64,000 nt of DNA from positions 150,204 through 214,203 of the forward strand of contig SVQK01000110.1 in assembly GCA_015065385.1 (NCBI GenBank). Direction: 5' to 3'. Positions 27,782 through 38,089 of the stretch are shown piece by piece. The notes below the pieces were generated by a model. It made no database searches. It saw nothing but the letters and a program-made list of their open reading frames with translations, and was not told the DNA's origin. The stretch is from Oscillospiraceae bacterium. GTDB lineage: Bacteria; Bacillota; Clostridia; Oscillospirales; CAG-272. The position numbers and the translations under genes were made by a program. The number at the start of each line of letters is the position of its first letter. Position 1 is the stretch's first letter.

Positions 27782-28475
27782 GGTCTCCCCCTTTCCCCGC
27801 GCGGCGGAGCATTCTTTTCCGGCAAAGGTTCAAAATCCACAGATAGAACGTTCCGCACAGAAGGAGAAGGACGAGCAGCGCAAGGATCCACCAGACGCAT
27901 CCCATGAACGGGAGTTCCTTTGTGAACCCGAGGGCTCCGGCGGAACTTCCCCAGTTCAGGAAAAAGTAGGGGTAGTTGACCCCCCGGGCAAATTCCCAGC
28001 CGAGCGCGTATCCGATCCCCGCGTACACGGCGTAGATGAGCGGAGGAACGGTGACCCAGAGGATCTTACTCTTCGCAATCTGTCCGTAAACGCCCGTGAC
28101 GAAGAAATCCGCGACCGAGCAGACGGGCACAACGACGTGGGTGAGGATGTTCGCGGGAGTCCACGCCGCGCCTCCCATCGTGGGCGCGAGGACAAAGCAG
28201 AACACCATCCCGGTCAGGGTGATCGACACAGCTCCGACGAATTTCACCGTGTACCAGCGGTCCGGGACGTTTTTTCTCCCCAGCAGGAGCACGAGCCCGA
28301 CCGCACAGATGACCGCCAGCGCGAGGTTGGACTGAATGGTGAAATACATAAAGACGCTTCCGCCGCCCATGAAGGCATTCCGCCCCGCGATCGCGCTGAG
28401 GATCGTCCCCAGAACGGCGGAAACGATGACGACGGTTTTCAGAAGGACGGACAGGATTTTTCGCTCCCTGCTCAT
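27774..28475 (-). CDS. Pr6Pr (FAR-17a/AIG1-like) family membrane protein
   Basis: I trimmed to the ATG at 28475, which has a GGAGGAG RBS. The product is multi-TM and has the FTIQSN motif. Confidence 0.75.
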   Translation of the reverse strand: MSRERKILSVLLKTVVIVSAVLGTILSAIAGRNAFMGGGSVFMYFTIQSNLALAVICAVGLVLLLGRKNVPDRWYTVKFVGAVSITLTGMVFCFVLAPTMGGAAWTPANILTHVVVPVCSVADFFVTGVYGQIAKSKILWVTVPPLIYAVYAGIGYALGWEFARGVNYPYFFLNWGSSAGALGFTKELPFMGCVWWILALLVLLLLCGTFYLWILNLCRKRMLRRAGKGGDRG

Positions 28476-28506
28476 GACTGCTCCTCCGATTCGGATAAAT
28501 GATGTT

Positions 28507-29475
28507 TTACCGATCGCGTCTGAGATAGTCGCGGACGAGCGCTCCGTACCACGGCGTCGGCGTACCGTCAAAATCGGAGATCAGGCAGGGTCCGGCGTGC
28601 GGATGGAAATCCCATGCGGTGAGGTGATATTCGTGCGACTCGATCCACGACAGGATCCGCGGCACCCACTCGGCGGCGGGAAGGGACTGCTTTCCCTCTC
28701 GCGGTTCCGCGTCGTCCCCGTAATGCCCGCATTCGCCGATCAGCAGCGGACAGCGCGACGCGGCTTCTCCCACGTCACGATCCCAGTCGAGGGGCTTCCA
28801 CGGATAGACATGGGAATCGAACACGATATTCCCGCCCGCCTCAAGGAGCGCGTCGTATGCGTCGAATCCTTTGAACGTATAGCCCCAGTCGAGACCTCCG
28901 ATCACGCAGAGATTTTCCGCGCCGGTCCCCCGCACCGTTTTGAGAAGCGTGCGCATCCCGACCGATTCCCAGACCGTGCCGTCCGCTTCGGTGATCGGTC
29001 CACCGTCCAGCCAGATTTCCCAGTCCACGTCGTGCGGCTCGTTGTACAGACCGAAGAGGACCGTCCCGCAGTCCCGGTACCGCGCCGCCGCGTCCTGCCA
29101 GAACAGAACGGAATTGTTGTCCGGCATCTTCTGCTGTCCGCTGCGGACGGTTCTGTCTCCGCGGTCGTTCCAGTGCAGATCGAGGATCAGAAAGCATCCC
29201 CGCTCCGCCAGCTCCCGGATGATCCGGTCGATGAGGGCACGGTACCGCTCCGCGCCGTCGGGATCCTTCTGCTCCGGACACCACCCGAACCAGCGGTCCT
29301 GCGATACGGGCAGGCGGATAGTGTTCGCGTTCCATTCGTCTGCCGCGATCAGGGCGGAGCGAAGGACGGACTCGTTCCCGGCGTCCCATTCGAGCCCCGC
29401 GCAGTTCACGCCGCGCAGAAGGACTTCCCCGTCCTTCTCGTCATAGATTTTCGTTCCCATCGTGTGCAGTTTCAT
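28507..29475 (-). CDS. Glycoside hydrolase family 5 (cellulase-like), with no signal peptide
   Basis: NANTIRLPV is present. LFGLYNEPHDV carries the NEP acid/base motif and LLIGECGHYG carries the nucleophile Glu. Confidence 0.88.
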   Translation of the reverse strand: MKLHTMGTKIYDEKDGEVLLRGVNCAGLEWDAGNESVLRSALIAADEWNANTIRLPVSQDRWFGWCPEQKDPDGAERYRALIDRIIRELAERGCFLILDLHWNDRGDRTVRSGQQKMPDNNSVLFWQDAAARYRDCGTVLFGLYNEPHDVDWEIWLDGGPITEADGTVWESVGMRTLLKTVRGTGAENLCVIGGLDWGYTFKGFDAYDALLEAGGNIVFDSHVYPWKPLDWDRDVGEAASRCPLLIGECGHYGDDAEPREGKQSLPAAEWVPRILSWIESHEYHLTAWDFHPHAGPCLISDFDGTPTPWYGALVRDYLRRDR

Positions 29476-29664
29476 AATCGTCTCCCCCGCAAAGTGAGTT
29501 TCGTTTGGAGAGAGTATAGCAGAAAAATATTACTGAAATATGAACGGTCAAGCAAAAATATTCTCCCGCCGGGCTGATCCATACCCCGGCAGTTACGGAA
29601 AAGCCCCAATTTCATGACGATTTTCGGAGGAGTTCTTCGGAGCTCCGATTTTTTGAAAAACCTC

Positions 29665-29693
29665 TTGACAGGGAAAAAGAACTGTGATATACT
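29665..29693 (+). promoter_or_regulatory. Sigma-70-type promoter for the padR operon
   Basis: TTGACA at 29665-29670, a 17-nt spacer, then TATACT at 29688-29693. Confidence 0.6.
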
Positions 29694-29767
29694 ATCGTCG
29701 TCCGATACAAAAGCAGCCGAAATAACGGCCTGAGATATATCGGGATCCGCATATCGGAGGTGAAGAC

Positions 29768-30106
29768 ATGGCGGAGAGCGCGCTGACGGAAGGCGTTTAC
29801 TATATTCTCCTGTCCCTGACGGAGCCGCTTCACGGATACGGGATCATGCAGAAGACCGAATCCCTGTCCGGCGGGCGGGTGCGTCTGGCGGCGGGGACCC
29901 TGTACGGAGCTTTGAATAATCTGGCCGTGAGGGGATGGATCGAATCCGTACCCGACGAGCCCGGCACACCGGCTACGGGCAGGGAGGCAAGGCGTCACGC
30001 ATACCGGATCACGTCCCGCGGGCTGGAAGTTCTGCGGGGAGAAGTGAAGCGGCTGGGAGAACTCTATGAAAACGGACTTCTGATTCTCGGAAAGGGGGAT
30101 TTCTGA
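29768..30106 (+). CDS. PadR family transcriptional regulator
   Basis: YILLSLTEPLHGYGIMQK...GTLYGALNNLAVRGWI is a PadR-type winged HTH. Confidence 0.9.
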   Translation: MAESALTEGVYYILLSLTEPLHGYGIMQKTESLSGGRVRLAAGTLYGALNNLAVRGWIESVPDEPGTPATGREARRHAYRITSRGLEVLRGEVKRLGELYENGLLILGKGDF

Positions 30107-30651
30107 TGAGAAAGACGATCCGCAAGTGGTTCTGGGCATGGGATTTTGACAAAGAACAGGCCTGGCTGAACGAAATGGCCGCGAAAGGACTCGCAATGGT
30201 CTCCTACGGCTATTGCCGGTACGACTTCGAGGAAACGGAGCCGGGCGAATACCGGATCGCCATGGAACTGCTGCCGCATCGCCTGAACCATCCCGAGAGC
30301 GAGCAGTATCTGCGCTTTCTGGAGGAAACCGGCGTCGAGATGGTCGGTTCGTGGATGCGGTGGATCTATGTGCGCAAAAAGGCGGACGGCGAAGAATTCG
30401 AACTGCTGTCCGACCGGAAGTCCAAGGTTGAGCACCTCGTCCGGATCATCCTTCTGGTCGGCGCCGTGGCGGGACTGAATCTGTACGCCGGACTGTACAA
30501 TCTGTTCGTCTGGACGCGCTTCCATCAGGGGATCTCCGCTTTCTCGTTCTGCTTTTCCTTTGCGATGTGCTTGCTCTGTACATTCGGCGCGGTGCGGCTC
30601 GGAATCAAGGCATACCGCATCGCAAAGGAGCGGGAGATCTACGAGGACTGA
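30106..30651 (+). CDS. DUF2812-like membrane protein, the usual PadR partner
   Basis: It overlaps the padR stop by 1 nt. It contains EQAWLNEMAAKGL and two C-terminal TM segments. Confidence 0.75.
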   Translation: MRKTIRKWFWAWDFDKEQAWLNEMAAKGLAMVSYGYCRYDFEETEPGEYRIAMELLPHRLNHPESEQYLRFLEETGVEMVGSWMRWIYVRKKADGEEFELLSDRKSKVEHLVRIILLVGAVAGLNLYAGLYNLFVWTRFHQGISAFSFCFSFAMCLLCTFGAVRLGIKAYRIAKEREIYED

Positions 30652-30782
30652 GCCCCTGCGAAACCGAACGCAGCGACAGGGGAGAATTACAGCGATCCGT
30701 CCAGGATCATTTATTCAAGAAAAACCATGTCATAAATCCGAACGGAAGGAACGCATCCTCCGGTTCGGAAAAGGAGACTGCC

Positions 30783-31763
30783 ATGAGCTTACAAGTATCG
30801 CATCTGCATAAAATATACGGAACCAGAGTAGTGGTCGAGGACCTCAGCTTCTCAATGGACGATTCGGGCGTCTACGCGCTTCTGGGAACAAACGGAGCGG
30901 GAAAGACGACCTCCATCCGCATGATGCTCGGCATGCTTGCGAAGGACGGAGGCGAGGTTTTGTGGAACGGAAAACCACTGACCACGGGGAGCTGCAACAT
31001 CGGATATCTCGCCGAAGAGCGCGGGCTGTACCCGAAATACGGACTGATGGATCAGCTTCTCTATTTCGCGTCCCTCCGCGGCGTAGGGCGGGAGGAGGCG
31101 AAAAAACGCATCCGCTCCCTCGCGGAACGTCTTGAGGTCGAGGAATATCTCTACCCGAACCAGCAGCCGGCTCTGCCCGAAAACGGATCAAAACCCGCAG
31201 TCAGAATAAAGCGTGAAAAGCCGAAGCTCGCCGACCAGCTCTCGAAGGGCAACCAGCAGAAGATCCAGTTCATGGCTTCCCTGCTCTCCGATCCCGAACT
31301 GATTATCCTCGACGAGCCGCTCTCCGGCCTTGACCCGGTCAACACCGACCTCATCCGCGACGTGATCCGCGAGGAGATCGCCCGCGGGAAATACCTCATT
31401 ATGTCGAGCCATCAGATGCCGACCGTCGAGGAATTCTGCACCGAAATCACGATCCTCAACCGATCGAAGGCCATCTTGCAGGGAAATCTAAACGAGATCA
31501 AAAAGAGTTACGGCCGCGTCAACCTTCACCTCAAATGCGAGAGAGACGCGTCCGCTCTGATCCGCGCGTCCGGAGCCGAGATCACGGGCGAGAAGGAGTA
31601 CGAATACCAGATCAAGGTGAAGGGTGAACGGCAGGCCAACGAGCTGCTGTCCTCCCTGATCGGAGCGGGCGTTTCCGTCATCACCTTTGATCTGAGGGAA
31701 CCCTCTCTGCATGAGATTTTTGTGGAAAAGGTGGGTGAAGCGAATGACGCTCTCGAAGATTAA
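30783..31763 (+). CDS. ABC transporter ATP-binding protein
   Basis: I trimmed to the ATG at 30783, which has an AAGGAG RBS. Walker A is GTNGAGKTT, the signature motif is LSKGNQQK, and Walker B is LIILDEP. Confidence 0.9.
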   Translation: MSLQVSHLHKIYGTRVVVEDLSFSMDDSGVYALLGTNGAGKTTSIRMMLGMLAKDGGEVLWNGKPLTTGSCNIGYLAEERGLYPKYGLMDQLLYFASLRGVGREEAKKRIRSLAERLEVEEYLYPNQQPALPENGSKPAVRIKREKPKLADQLSKGNQQKIQFMASLLSDPELIILDEPLSGLDPVNTDLIRDVIREEIARGKYLIMSSHQMPTVEEFCTEITILNRSKAILQGNLNEIKKSYGRVNLHLKCERDASALIRASGAEITGEKEYEYQIKVKGERQANELLSSLIGAGVSVITFDLREPSLHEIFVEKVGEANDALED

Positions 31764-33054
31764 GGAGCAATTCGAAGGGACGGGGCAGGTTTTCCGCTTC
31801 ACCTTCCTCCAGCTGATCAAATCCCGCTCCACCATCGTCACGCTGCTCATCACGCTTCTGTTTGCGCTTGCCGCTCTCCCCGTCATGACGCTCGTGAACG
31901 GCGGATCGTCCAGTGTGAAGCAGAGCGTCGCCGTCTATCTTGACAACCGGACCCCCATCGAGCTCCCGGAGCTTGAATCCCGGCTGAAAGAGGCACTCGC
32001 CCCGACCGACGTCACGCTCCTCTCCGGTCCCCTCCCGAAGGACGAGGCGGAAGGGGTCGGACTGACGCTCGAAGAAAACGACGATGCCTTCGGACTCACC
32101 GTCTCATGGAACGGCGCGGACTTCTCCGACATGTCTTCCGTCTATGCGATCGGATCGGCCGCCTATGACTGTGTGAACACCGGGCGGCTGAGACATGCCG
32201 GCTTCGGGGAAAAGGAAATCGAATTCCTTCAGAAAGGCGTTGTGCCGGATGGCTTGACCTATGCCGAATTCTCGGAACCCGGCGCGGATTTCCCGTTTTC
32301 CGACGGAGACGACTTCGACAGCTCCCGCTACAATCTTCAGATCGGGTATTCCGTGGTCATCATGATGTTCTGCATCTACTCGGTCAGTTACGTCGTGCGC
32401 GCGGTCATCGAGGAAAAGCAGTCCAAGCTGGTCGATCTTCTGATGGTGAGCGTCAAGCCCGCGGCGCTTCTGCTCGGCAAGGTACTCGCGGCGCTGTGCT
32501 TCGTGTTCCTTTACATGGTCCTGCTCTTCGGCGGGATGCTCCTCTCTTACGCCGTGTCCTCGCGCTTCCTCGACCTCTCTGCTGCTCCCGCCACGATCGG
32601 CACACTGCTGAATATGCGCCCCGATGCCGTGAGCCTTGCGGTGATCGTAGTGACCGGCGTGCTCGGCTGCCTTGCGTTCGGACTGCTCGGCGGTGTCTGC
32701 GGCGCGGGATGCTCCAGCATCGACGAGAGCAGCGGCGCGATCTCGACCTGTCTTCTGCTCGTCATGGCGGGGTATATGTTCTCCATCTTCGCGCCCATGA
32801 TAGGGGGGACTCTTCTGCGCGTGGCCTGCGTGTTCCCGGTCCTTTCGATGTTCCTGGCCCCTCTCCAGTTCATGGACGGCAGCATCGGATTCGGCACGGT
32901 CGCGCTGTCCTGGGTATTCCAGATCGCGGGTATCTTCTTCCTCGTCTGGCTGAGCGCCCGTGTCTACAGCTCGCTGATCATGTACAACGGAAAGCGGATC
33001 GGATTCGGTAAAATCCTGGCTATGGCCGGCGCCGGAAAGGAGGAGAAGAAATGA
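31744..33054 (+). CDS. ABC-2 type transporter permease
   Basis: I trimmed to the ATG at 31744. The product has one N-terminal TM, a large extracytoplasmic loop, and a C-terminal block of 5 TM segments. Confidence 0.8.
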   Translation: MTLSKIKEQFEGTGQVFRFTFLQLIKSRSTIVTLLITLLFALAALPVMTLVNGGSSSVKQSVAVYLDNRTPIELPELESRLKEALAPTDVTLLSGPLPKDEAEGVGLTLEENDDAFGLTVSWNGADFSDMSSVYAIGSAAYDCVNTGRLRHAGFGEKEIEFLQKGVVPDGLTYAEFSEPGADFPFSDGDDFDSSRYNLQIGYSVVIMMFCIYSVSYVVRAVIEEKQSKLVDLLMVSVKPAALLLGKVLAALCFVFLYMVLLFGGMLLSYAVSSRFLDLSAAPATIGTLLNMRPDAVSLAVIVVTGVLGCLAFGLLGGVCGAGCSSIDESSGAISTCLLLVMAGYMFSIFAPMIGGTLLRVACVFPVLSMFLAPLQFMDGSIGFGTVALSWVFQIAGIFFLVWLSARVYSSLIMYNGKRIGFGKILAMAGAGKEEKK

Positions 33055-34433
33055 AGGGACTGAAAGAAGTATTCGTATTCACTTTGCAGCAGCAGCTCAA
33101 GATCCCCGCGGTCAAAACGCTCACGATCGTGATCGCGCTTCTCTTGTTCCTCGTTCCCGCGGCGGCAATGACCCTCACGGAGATCAGCCGCCGGGACGAC
33201 ACCGAAGCGGATCCCCCCGCGGAAGACCTCATTCCAGAAGAGCCTTTTGAGGAAATCAACGGAGACGGGATCGACGAGATCCTCTATGTAAACGAGACGT
33301 CGGACGCCCTCGGCTACGATCTGCTTGAAAACGCCGAGATCCCCGGGCTGGAGGGCATTCGGTTCTCAAAGACCGATTCCGTCGAAGCGGCAAACGCGGC
33401 GGCGCAGGGGAAGGAAGGGATTCTGATCCTCCTGCTCCGTGAAGACGGGGATTTGCTCGAAGCGCTCGGCATCGTTCCGGAAGGATCCGCGCTCGACGTG
33501 AACAAAGCCCGGTACGCCGCGGAACGGACGAGCGACGCGATTACCACGCTCGCCGCGGAAGGAACAAGTCTTCCGGCGGAAACCAAGGCTGAGGCGGTCA
33601 AGCCCTTCTTCATGGACTATTCCGGCCCCGATTCCTCGGACCTCATGAGCGAGGAGGAACAGGAGGCCGAAATGCTCCGCACGGTCGCCGTCATGATCCT
33701 GCCGTATATCAACATCATGCTGATCTACTTCCTTGTGCTGTATTACGGTCAGAGTTCCGCGAACAGCGTGATCCTCGAGAAGACCTCGAAGCTGATGGAT
33801 TCCTTCCTCGTTGCCGTGAAGCCGGAGAGCATGATCTTCGGAAAGGTGCTCGCCGAATGGACCGCCGCCCTGATCCAGTTCGGAGCGTGGGTGCTCGCGC
33901 TGATCGGCGGTTTTTCGGCCGGAACCTTCCTCGTGAAGACGATCAACCCGGATTCGACGATGGGGATCCTGCGCCTCTTCGACTTCCTCGGCGGTGTGAC
34001 GAAGATGTTCGCTCTGCCCGAAGTGATCGTTTCCGTTCTCATGATCGCCGCCGGATTCTTCCTCTACTGCTGCCTCGCGGCGATCTGCGCCTCGTTTGCG
34101 TCGAAGCCCGAAGAGCTGTCCGGGACGCTCAGCATTTTCTCGATCCTGCTGGTGGTCAGCATGCTCGTGACGATCCGCGCGGGATTTCTGAACGGCGAAA
34201 TGGCGGAGGGCGCGAAGTGGTTCGACTTCTTCCCGTTCACCGCGATCCTCATCACGCCGAGCCGCGTCCTTCTCGGGATGGTGAGCTTCAGCGCTGGACT
34301 GGCCTCTCTCGCGGTGATCCTCACACTCTCGGTCGTCTTCATCCTGATCGCAGGCCGGGTCTACCGCGCGATGTCCCTCTACCGCGGCAAGATCCCGAAA
34401 TTCCCGCAGATCATCGCCATGCTCCGGGAATAA
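33051..34433 (+). CDS. ABC-2 type transporter permease (second copy)
   Basis: ATGA overlap with the previous gene. The architecture is the same as the previous permease. Confidence 0.8.
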   Translation: MKGLKEVFVFTLQQQLKIPAVKTLTIVIALLLFLVPAAAMTLTEISRRDDTEADPPAEDLIPEEPFEEINGDGIDEILYVNETSDALGYDLLENAEIPGLEGIRFSKTDSVEAANAAAQGKEGILILLLREDGDLLEALGIVPEGSALDVNKARYAAERTSDAITTLAAEGTSLPAETKAEAVKPFFMDYSGPDSSDLMSEEEQEAEMLRTVAVMILPYINIMLIYFLVLYYGQSSANSVILEKTSKLMDSFLVAVKPESMIFGKVLAEWTAALIQFGAWVLALIGGFSAGTFLVKTINPDSTMGILRLFDFLGGVTKMFALPEVIVSVLMIAAGFFLYCCLAAICASFASKPEELSGTLSIFSILLVVSMLVTIRAGFLNGEMAEGAKWFDFFPFTAILITPSRVLLGMVSFSAGLASLAVILTLSVVFILIAGRVYRAMSLYRGKIPKFPQIIAMLRE

Positions 34434-34692
34434 ACCGTCGATCCGGAATGACAAAACGGAGCGGTGCGCCGTGTCCTCCCCTTCGGAAGGAATATCGGAG
34501 AAGTCAAGAAAAGGGCAGAAACGAATTCCCGAACGGTCGGAGAAGGATGCGGCACAGTTTTTCGGACGGAAAACGACTGCCTGACACGGAAGGATCATAA
34601 AGACAAAAAACGCATTTCAATCCGACAACCGTGCGCTGGGTTCTCATACGAATCTCAAGCTAAGCAGAAGGGATAAAGTATAAGTTCTCCGT

Positions 34693-34724
34693 AAACAAGC
34701 CGCTCCCGAAGGAACGGCTTGTTT
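34693..34724. terminator. Bidirectional intrinsic terminator in a convergent intergenic region
   Basis: AAACAAGCCG at 34693-34702 pairs with CGGCTTGTTT at 34715-34724, a 10-bp stem, followed by GTTGT. Confidence 0.65.
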
Positions 34725-34773
34725 GTTGTATGAGATTCGCAATCCTCCGACACGACGGAATTTGCGGCAGAAC

Positions 34774-35871
34774 CTATATCCCCTCCGCGTCCGCTAAGCT
34801 GGCGTCGTTCTCGACGACGGTCCCGCATCCGTCAAAGCCGAAGAGGTTCTCAACCCGCAGTCCGGAGATACATCCTGCCAGACGCAGGGCGCATCCCGCA
34901 CGGGAATAGATATTCCTCAGCGTGATATTATACGTCTCCTCAAAGGTGGAATGGCGGGCTCCGTACAGATGGTTGTCGCCGATCCGAACCCCGCAGATCC
35001 CTCGGTCCATGTGAGGGCTGTCCTTCGATGTGTCCATCATGCCGTCGATGAGGATATTGTACAGCTTCACGCCTCCCTGATTCAGCAGGCGGATGTTGGA
35101 ACAGAAGGCCTCGCAATTGACGTTTCGGATCGTGACATTGTAAATATCGTCGCAGACCGCCCCTTTCTCTTTGCCCGCGGGGCGGAAGAGGGATTCCAGC
35201 TTCCCCGGGAGGCCGGTCAGGGCGATCGTATCGTCCTGAGTAAAGCCGGTCACATGGTCGATCAGAATGTCGTGACAGCCACAGCGCAGATCGATCCCGT
35301 CCGCGTTGTGGATGTGGCAGGCGGCATATCCGTTCTCCCGATGGGACAGATAGGGCGCGAGGGTCCCGTCCGATTCCACATGGCGGTCATCCGCGCAGAA
35401 ATCGATATCGCGCACCAAACCGCGGCGACACCAAAGAAGGTTGACCGCCCACCATCTCTGATTCCGCAGATGGATTCCCTCAATGTGAAATCCGTCCACA
35501 TTGGCAAGCAGGATCAGGTTGTTTACGGAGATGTGCGGCAGTCCGTCCTTTTCGGAATTGCGCTCGGAGAGGCCGTTGTATTCTCCGCCGTCCAGAATCG
35601 CCCTCCCCCGTCCGATCACGCGGATGTTCCGGTCCGGGTTGTCCGCGGAAGAGGTGCCGGCGCTTTTGTTGCGGAGGAGGTTGCAGAAGGTCCCCGGCGC
35701 CATGCGGAGATGACAGTCCTCCAGAATCAGCGTGAAGTCCGCCGGAAGCAGAACGGTCTCGTCGATCTCGTAATTCCCGGAAACGGTCAGCGTCCGTGGG
35801 TTGGACGGATCGGAGAGGAGTTCGCGGATCTTCCCGTTCAGCAAAGATCCGCCGTTTTTGATATAGTTCAT
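34774..35871 (-). CDS. Right-handed parallel beta-helix protein (pectate-lyase/GH28-like superfamily)
   Basis: The 365-aa product has repeating 22-25-aa coils: NIRVIGRGRAILDGG, ILLANVDGFHIEGIHLRN, DILIDHVTGFTQDDTIAL, and VTIRNVNCEAF. Confidence 0.75.
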   Translation of the reverse strand: MNYIKNGGSLLNGKIRELLSDPSNPRTLTVSGNYEIDETVLLPADFTLILEDCHLRMAPGTFCNLLRNKSAGTSSADNPDRNIRVIGRGRAILDGGEYNGLSERNSEKDGLPHISVNNLILLANVDGFHIEGIHLRNQRWWAVNLLWCRRGLVRDIDFCADDRHVESDGTLAPYLSHRENGYAACHIHNADGIDLRCGCHDILIDHVTGFTQDDTIALTGLPGKLESLFRPAGKEKGAVCDDIYNVTIRNVNCEAFCSNIRLLNQGGVKLYNILIDGMMDTSKDSPHMDRGICGVRIGDNHLYGARHSTFEETYNITLRNIYSRAGCALRLAGCISGLRVENLFGFDGCGTVVENDASLADAEGI

Positions 35872-35966
35872 GTATTCACGCTCCCTTTGCGAAGGCCGCG
35901 AATTTCTGCAATTTCCGGAATCCGCCGCGGTTCAGCCGCGCTTCCCCGTTGACGATCCCGCTTTTT

Positions 35967-37871
35967 TCATACGCTCGCGGTTCGTTGGCTCTTCTCGATC
36001 AGCTCGGGCAGCATCAGGCCCATCAGGATCTCGGCGTCGGTCCAGCCGGATTCGCTGCAGCAGGCCGCCCAGCCCACGTCATGCGGGCAGCCGTACGCCT
36101 CTCCCATATCCATGTCGAACGCCCGGCACCAGCTCCCGTCCGTCAGAGGATCTCCGGAACGGATCTGATCTTTGATGCAGAACGACGCCGTATCGCGCCA
36201 GAGATCCCGGTACATCGGATCCCCGGTGACATGGTACGCATAGGCGAATCCGATCGGCAGCCAGTTCGTGGAGTAGAGCAGATCCGCCACCGGATCGCCG
36301 TTTTCCGTCAGGAGCGAGCATTCGCCCCTTGATTCGCGGGAACAGGACGCCTTGTAGCCCGTATCCCACTCATAGAATCCGCCGGAAGGATGCTGATGCG
36401 TCACAAGATCCCGCGTCACCCTCTCGAGCATCGCTCTGTGCTTCTCCTCCCCGGTCGCGCCGTATAGAGCGGCAAGGGGCAGGATCAGGCGGCAGAGCTC
36501 TTCGGTTTCGCTCTGTTCCCGCCGAGTGTCCGGATAGAGGGACATGATCGTCTCAATACCCTTTTTCGCCGTTTCGAGATAGACGGGGTTCCCGCCGTAC
36601 CGGTAAGCCAGCAGCAGCGCGGCGTGGTAGTACGCGTTGTAGTGCGCCGAGGGAAGCCCGTGTTCCGCTTCGGAAAGAGCCCGGAGCCCGTCCTCCGTGA
36701 GATTCGGCGCGTCGGTCCGCGCTACGCGGCATCCGTCCTTCGCCGTCGTCCGCACAAGGAAGTCCAGCGCCCGGCAGACGTCCGGAAAATGCCGATCCTC
36801 CCCGAGAAAGAGGCAGCCGTAGAGAACGGGCAGCATCGCCCGCGCGGCGTCATCCTGATAGCATACTTCCCATGCCGTATCCGTCCAGCGGAGCATCCCG
36901 TCGAAGGGACCTCCGCGCGCCATCATCGGCCCGAAGACAAAATCCTCCAGCTGGTCGGCGACCCGTCCCGCGTCCGAGTCCCCGGCAAACCGGGCGAACA
37001 TCCGGAACGCGCCCGACGCCTCTCCGCTGCAGTCCGTCCGAACCGAATCCGCCATCGCCTGAACCCCTTCGGGATTGATGGTGTGGCGCATCCCCTCCAT
37101 AATGCCGCCGGATCCGCCGTCCACGAGGAATCTCCGCAGCCAGCGCATCCCACGCTCCACGGCGTCCTTTTTTTCCTTCTCAAACGCGCCTTCGTCCGTG
37201 AGATCGCAGTCCCCGCCATACCGGACAACCGGTTCGGGGAGGAAGGCGGGAGCGGAACCCGTGATCCATTCGGCGATCCACGAAATCAGCTTCCGCCATG
37301 ACTCGCGGGGAGCAAAGCGCGCCTTGTTGAAATTGTGCAGCGTGAAGGAGCACATCATCACGTTCTCCCCGACCGTCCAGAGGCCGAGGCCGCTCCCGTT
37401 CAGAATCTCCTCACGGGACGCGTCGAGATGGCGGTGCGCGATCACATGATCCCGATAGACCAGCAGGGATGTCATGCCCGGAATCCCGTACCACGGCTGC
37501 ATCATGGCATTGCCCATATCGTCAAGCAGGTCGCCGGTCTCCAGTCCCGGGATGGCCTTTCCGGGATCCTCCGGCTGAACTGCGACCAGACGGCGGCGGG
37601 TGGTGTCGGCGGGTCCCGCGGAATAGACCCCTAAAAAGCTGTTCAAAGCCTCTGTGAAGATCCGCTTCCCGCGCTTCGCCTCCTCTTCCAGCGCGGCCCG
37701 CAGTCTCGGATCCAGCACCTTCCCGTACGCCAGCACGCAGAAGGCGTCGTAGGGTGAAAGATCTGCTCCGATCGCCTCCTTCATCCTCATTTTCGTCATG
37801 TTCGCGCCGCAGCTGTCCAGCACCGCGGTCAGATCGTTTTCAGATTCCGTAATGATCAGACAGTTCAACAT
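35967..37871 (-). CDS. Hypothetical 634-aa protein with an (alpha/alpha)-toroid-like C-terminal half
   Basis: I trimmed to the ATG at 37871, which has an AAAGGAG RBS 5 nt upstream. The track start at 37907 is a TTG. I recognise no family with confidence. Confidence 0.7.
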   Translation of the reverse strand: MLNCLIITESENDLTAVLDSCGANMTKMRMKEAIGADLSPYDAFCVLAYGKVLDPRLRAALEEEAKRGKRIFTEALNSFLGVYSAGPADTTRRRLVAVQPEDPGKAIPGLETGDLLDDMGNAMMQPWYGIPGMTSLLVYRDHVIAHRHLDASREEILNGSGLGLWTVGENVMMCSFTLHNFNKARFAPRESWRKLISWIAEWITGSAPAFLPEPVVRYGGDCDLTDEGAFEKEKKDAVERGMRWLRRFLVDGGSGGIMEGMRHTINPEGVQAMADSVRTDCSGEASGAFRMFARFAGDSDAGRVADQLEDFVFGPMMARGGPFDGMLRWTDTAWEVCYQDDAARAMLPVLYGCLFLGEDRHFPDVCRALDFLVRTTAKDGCRVARTDAPNLTEDGLRALSEAEHGLPSAHYNAYYHAALLLAYRYGGNPVYLETAKKGIETIMSLYPDTRREQSETEELCRLILPLAALYGATGEEKHRAMLERVTRDLVTHQHPSGGFYEWDTGYKASCSRESRGECSLLTENGDPVADLLYSTNWLPIGFAYAYHVTGDPMYRDLWRDTASFCIKDQIRSGDPLTDGSWCRAFDMDMGEAYGCPHDVGWAACCSESGWTDAEILMGLMLPELIEKSQRTASV

Positions 37872-38008
37872 TTCTGCTCCTTTCGCTCCGTCGAAGAGTT
37901 CCGGCAAAACGCCGCCGTCCGCCGGTGATCGCTTTTATTATACGCGCAAGGATATGAAAAAGCAAGAGAAACCTCCGCTCCGCCCGCCAAAATCAGACGG
38001 CAAAATTA

Positions 38009-38026
38009 TTTAGATATTTCTCTAAA
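38009..38026. promoter_or_regulatory. Candidate operator: an inverted repeat immediately upstream of the -35
   Basis: TTTAGA-tatttc-TCTAAA is a perfect 6-6-6 palindrome. In addition, the 9-mer TATTTAGAT occurs at 38007-38015 and again at 38044-38052, inside the promoter spacer. Confidence 0.4.
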
Positions 38027-38032
38027 CACATC

Positions 38033-38061
38033 TTGACAAAAAGTATTTAGATGGTTATAAT
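38033..38061 (+). promoter_or_regulatory. Consensus sigma-70 promoter of the 38090-39272 two-gene operon
   Basis: TTGACA at 38033-38038, a 17-nt spacer, then TATAAT at 38056-38061. Confidence 0.7.
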
Positions 38062-38089
38062 AATACTGTCACACAAGGGAGGTGATTGG

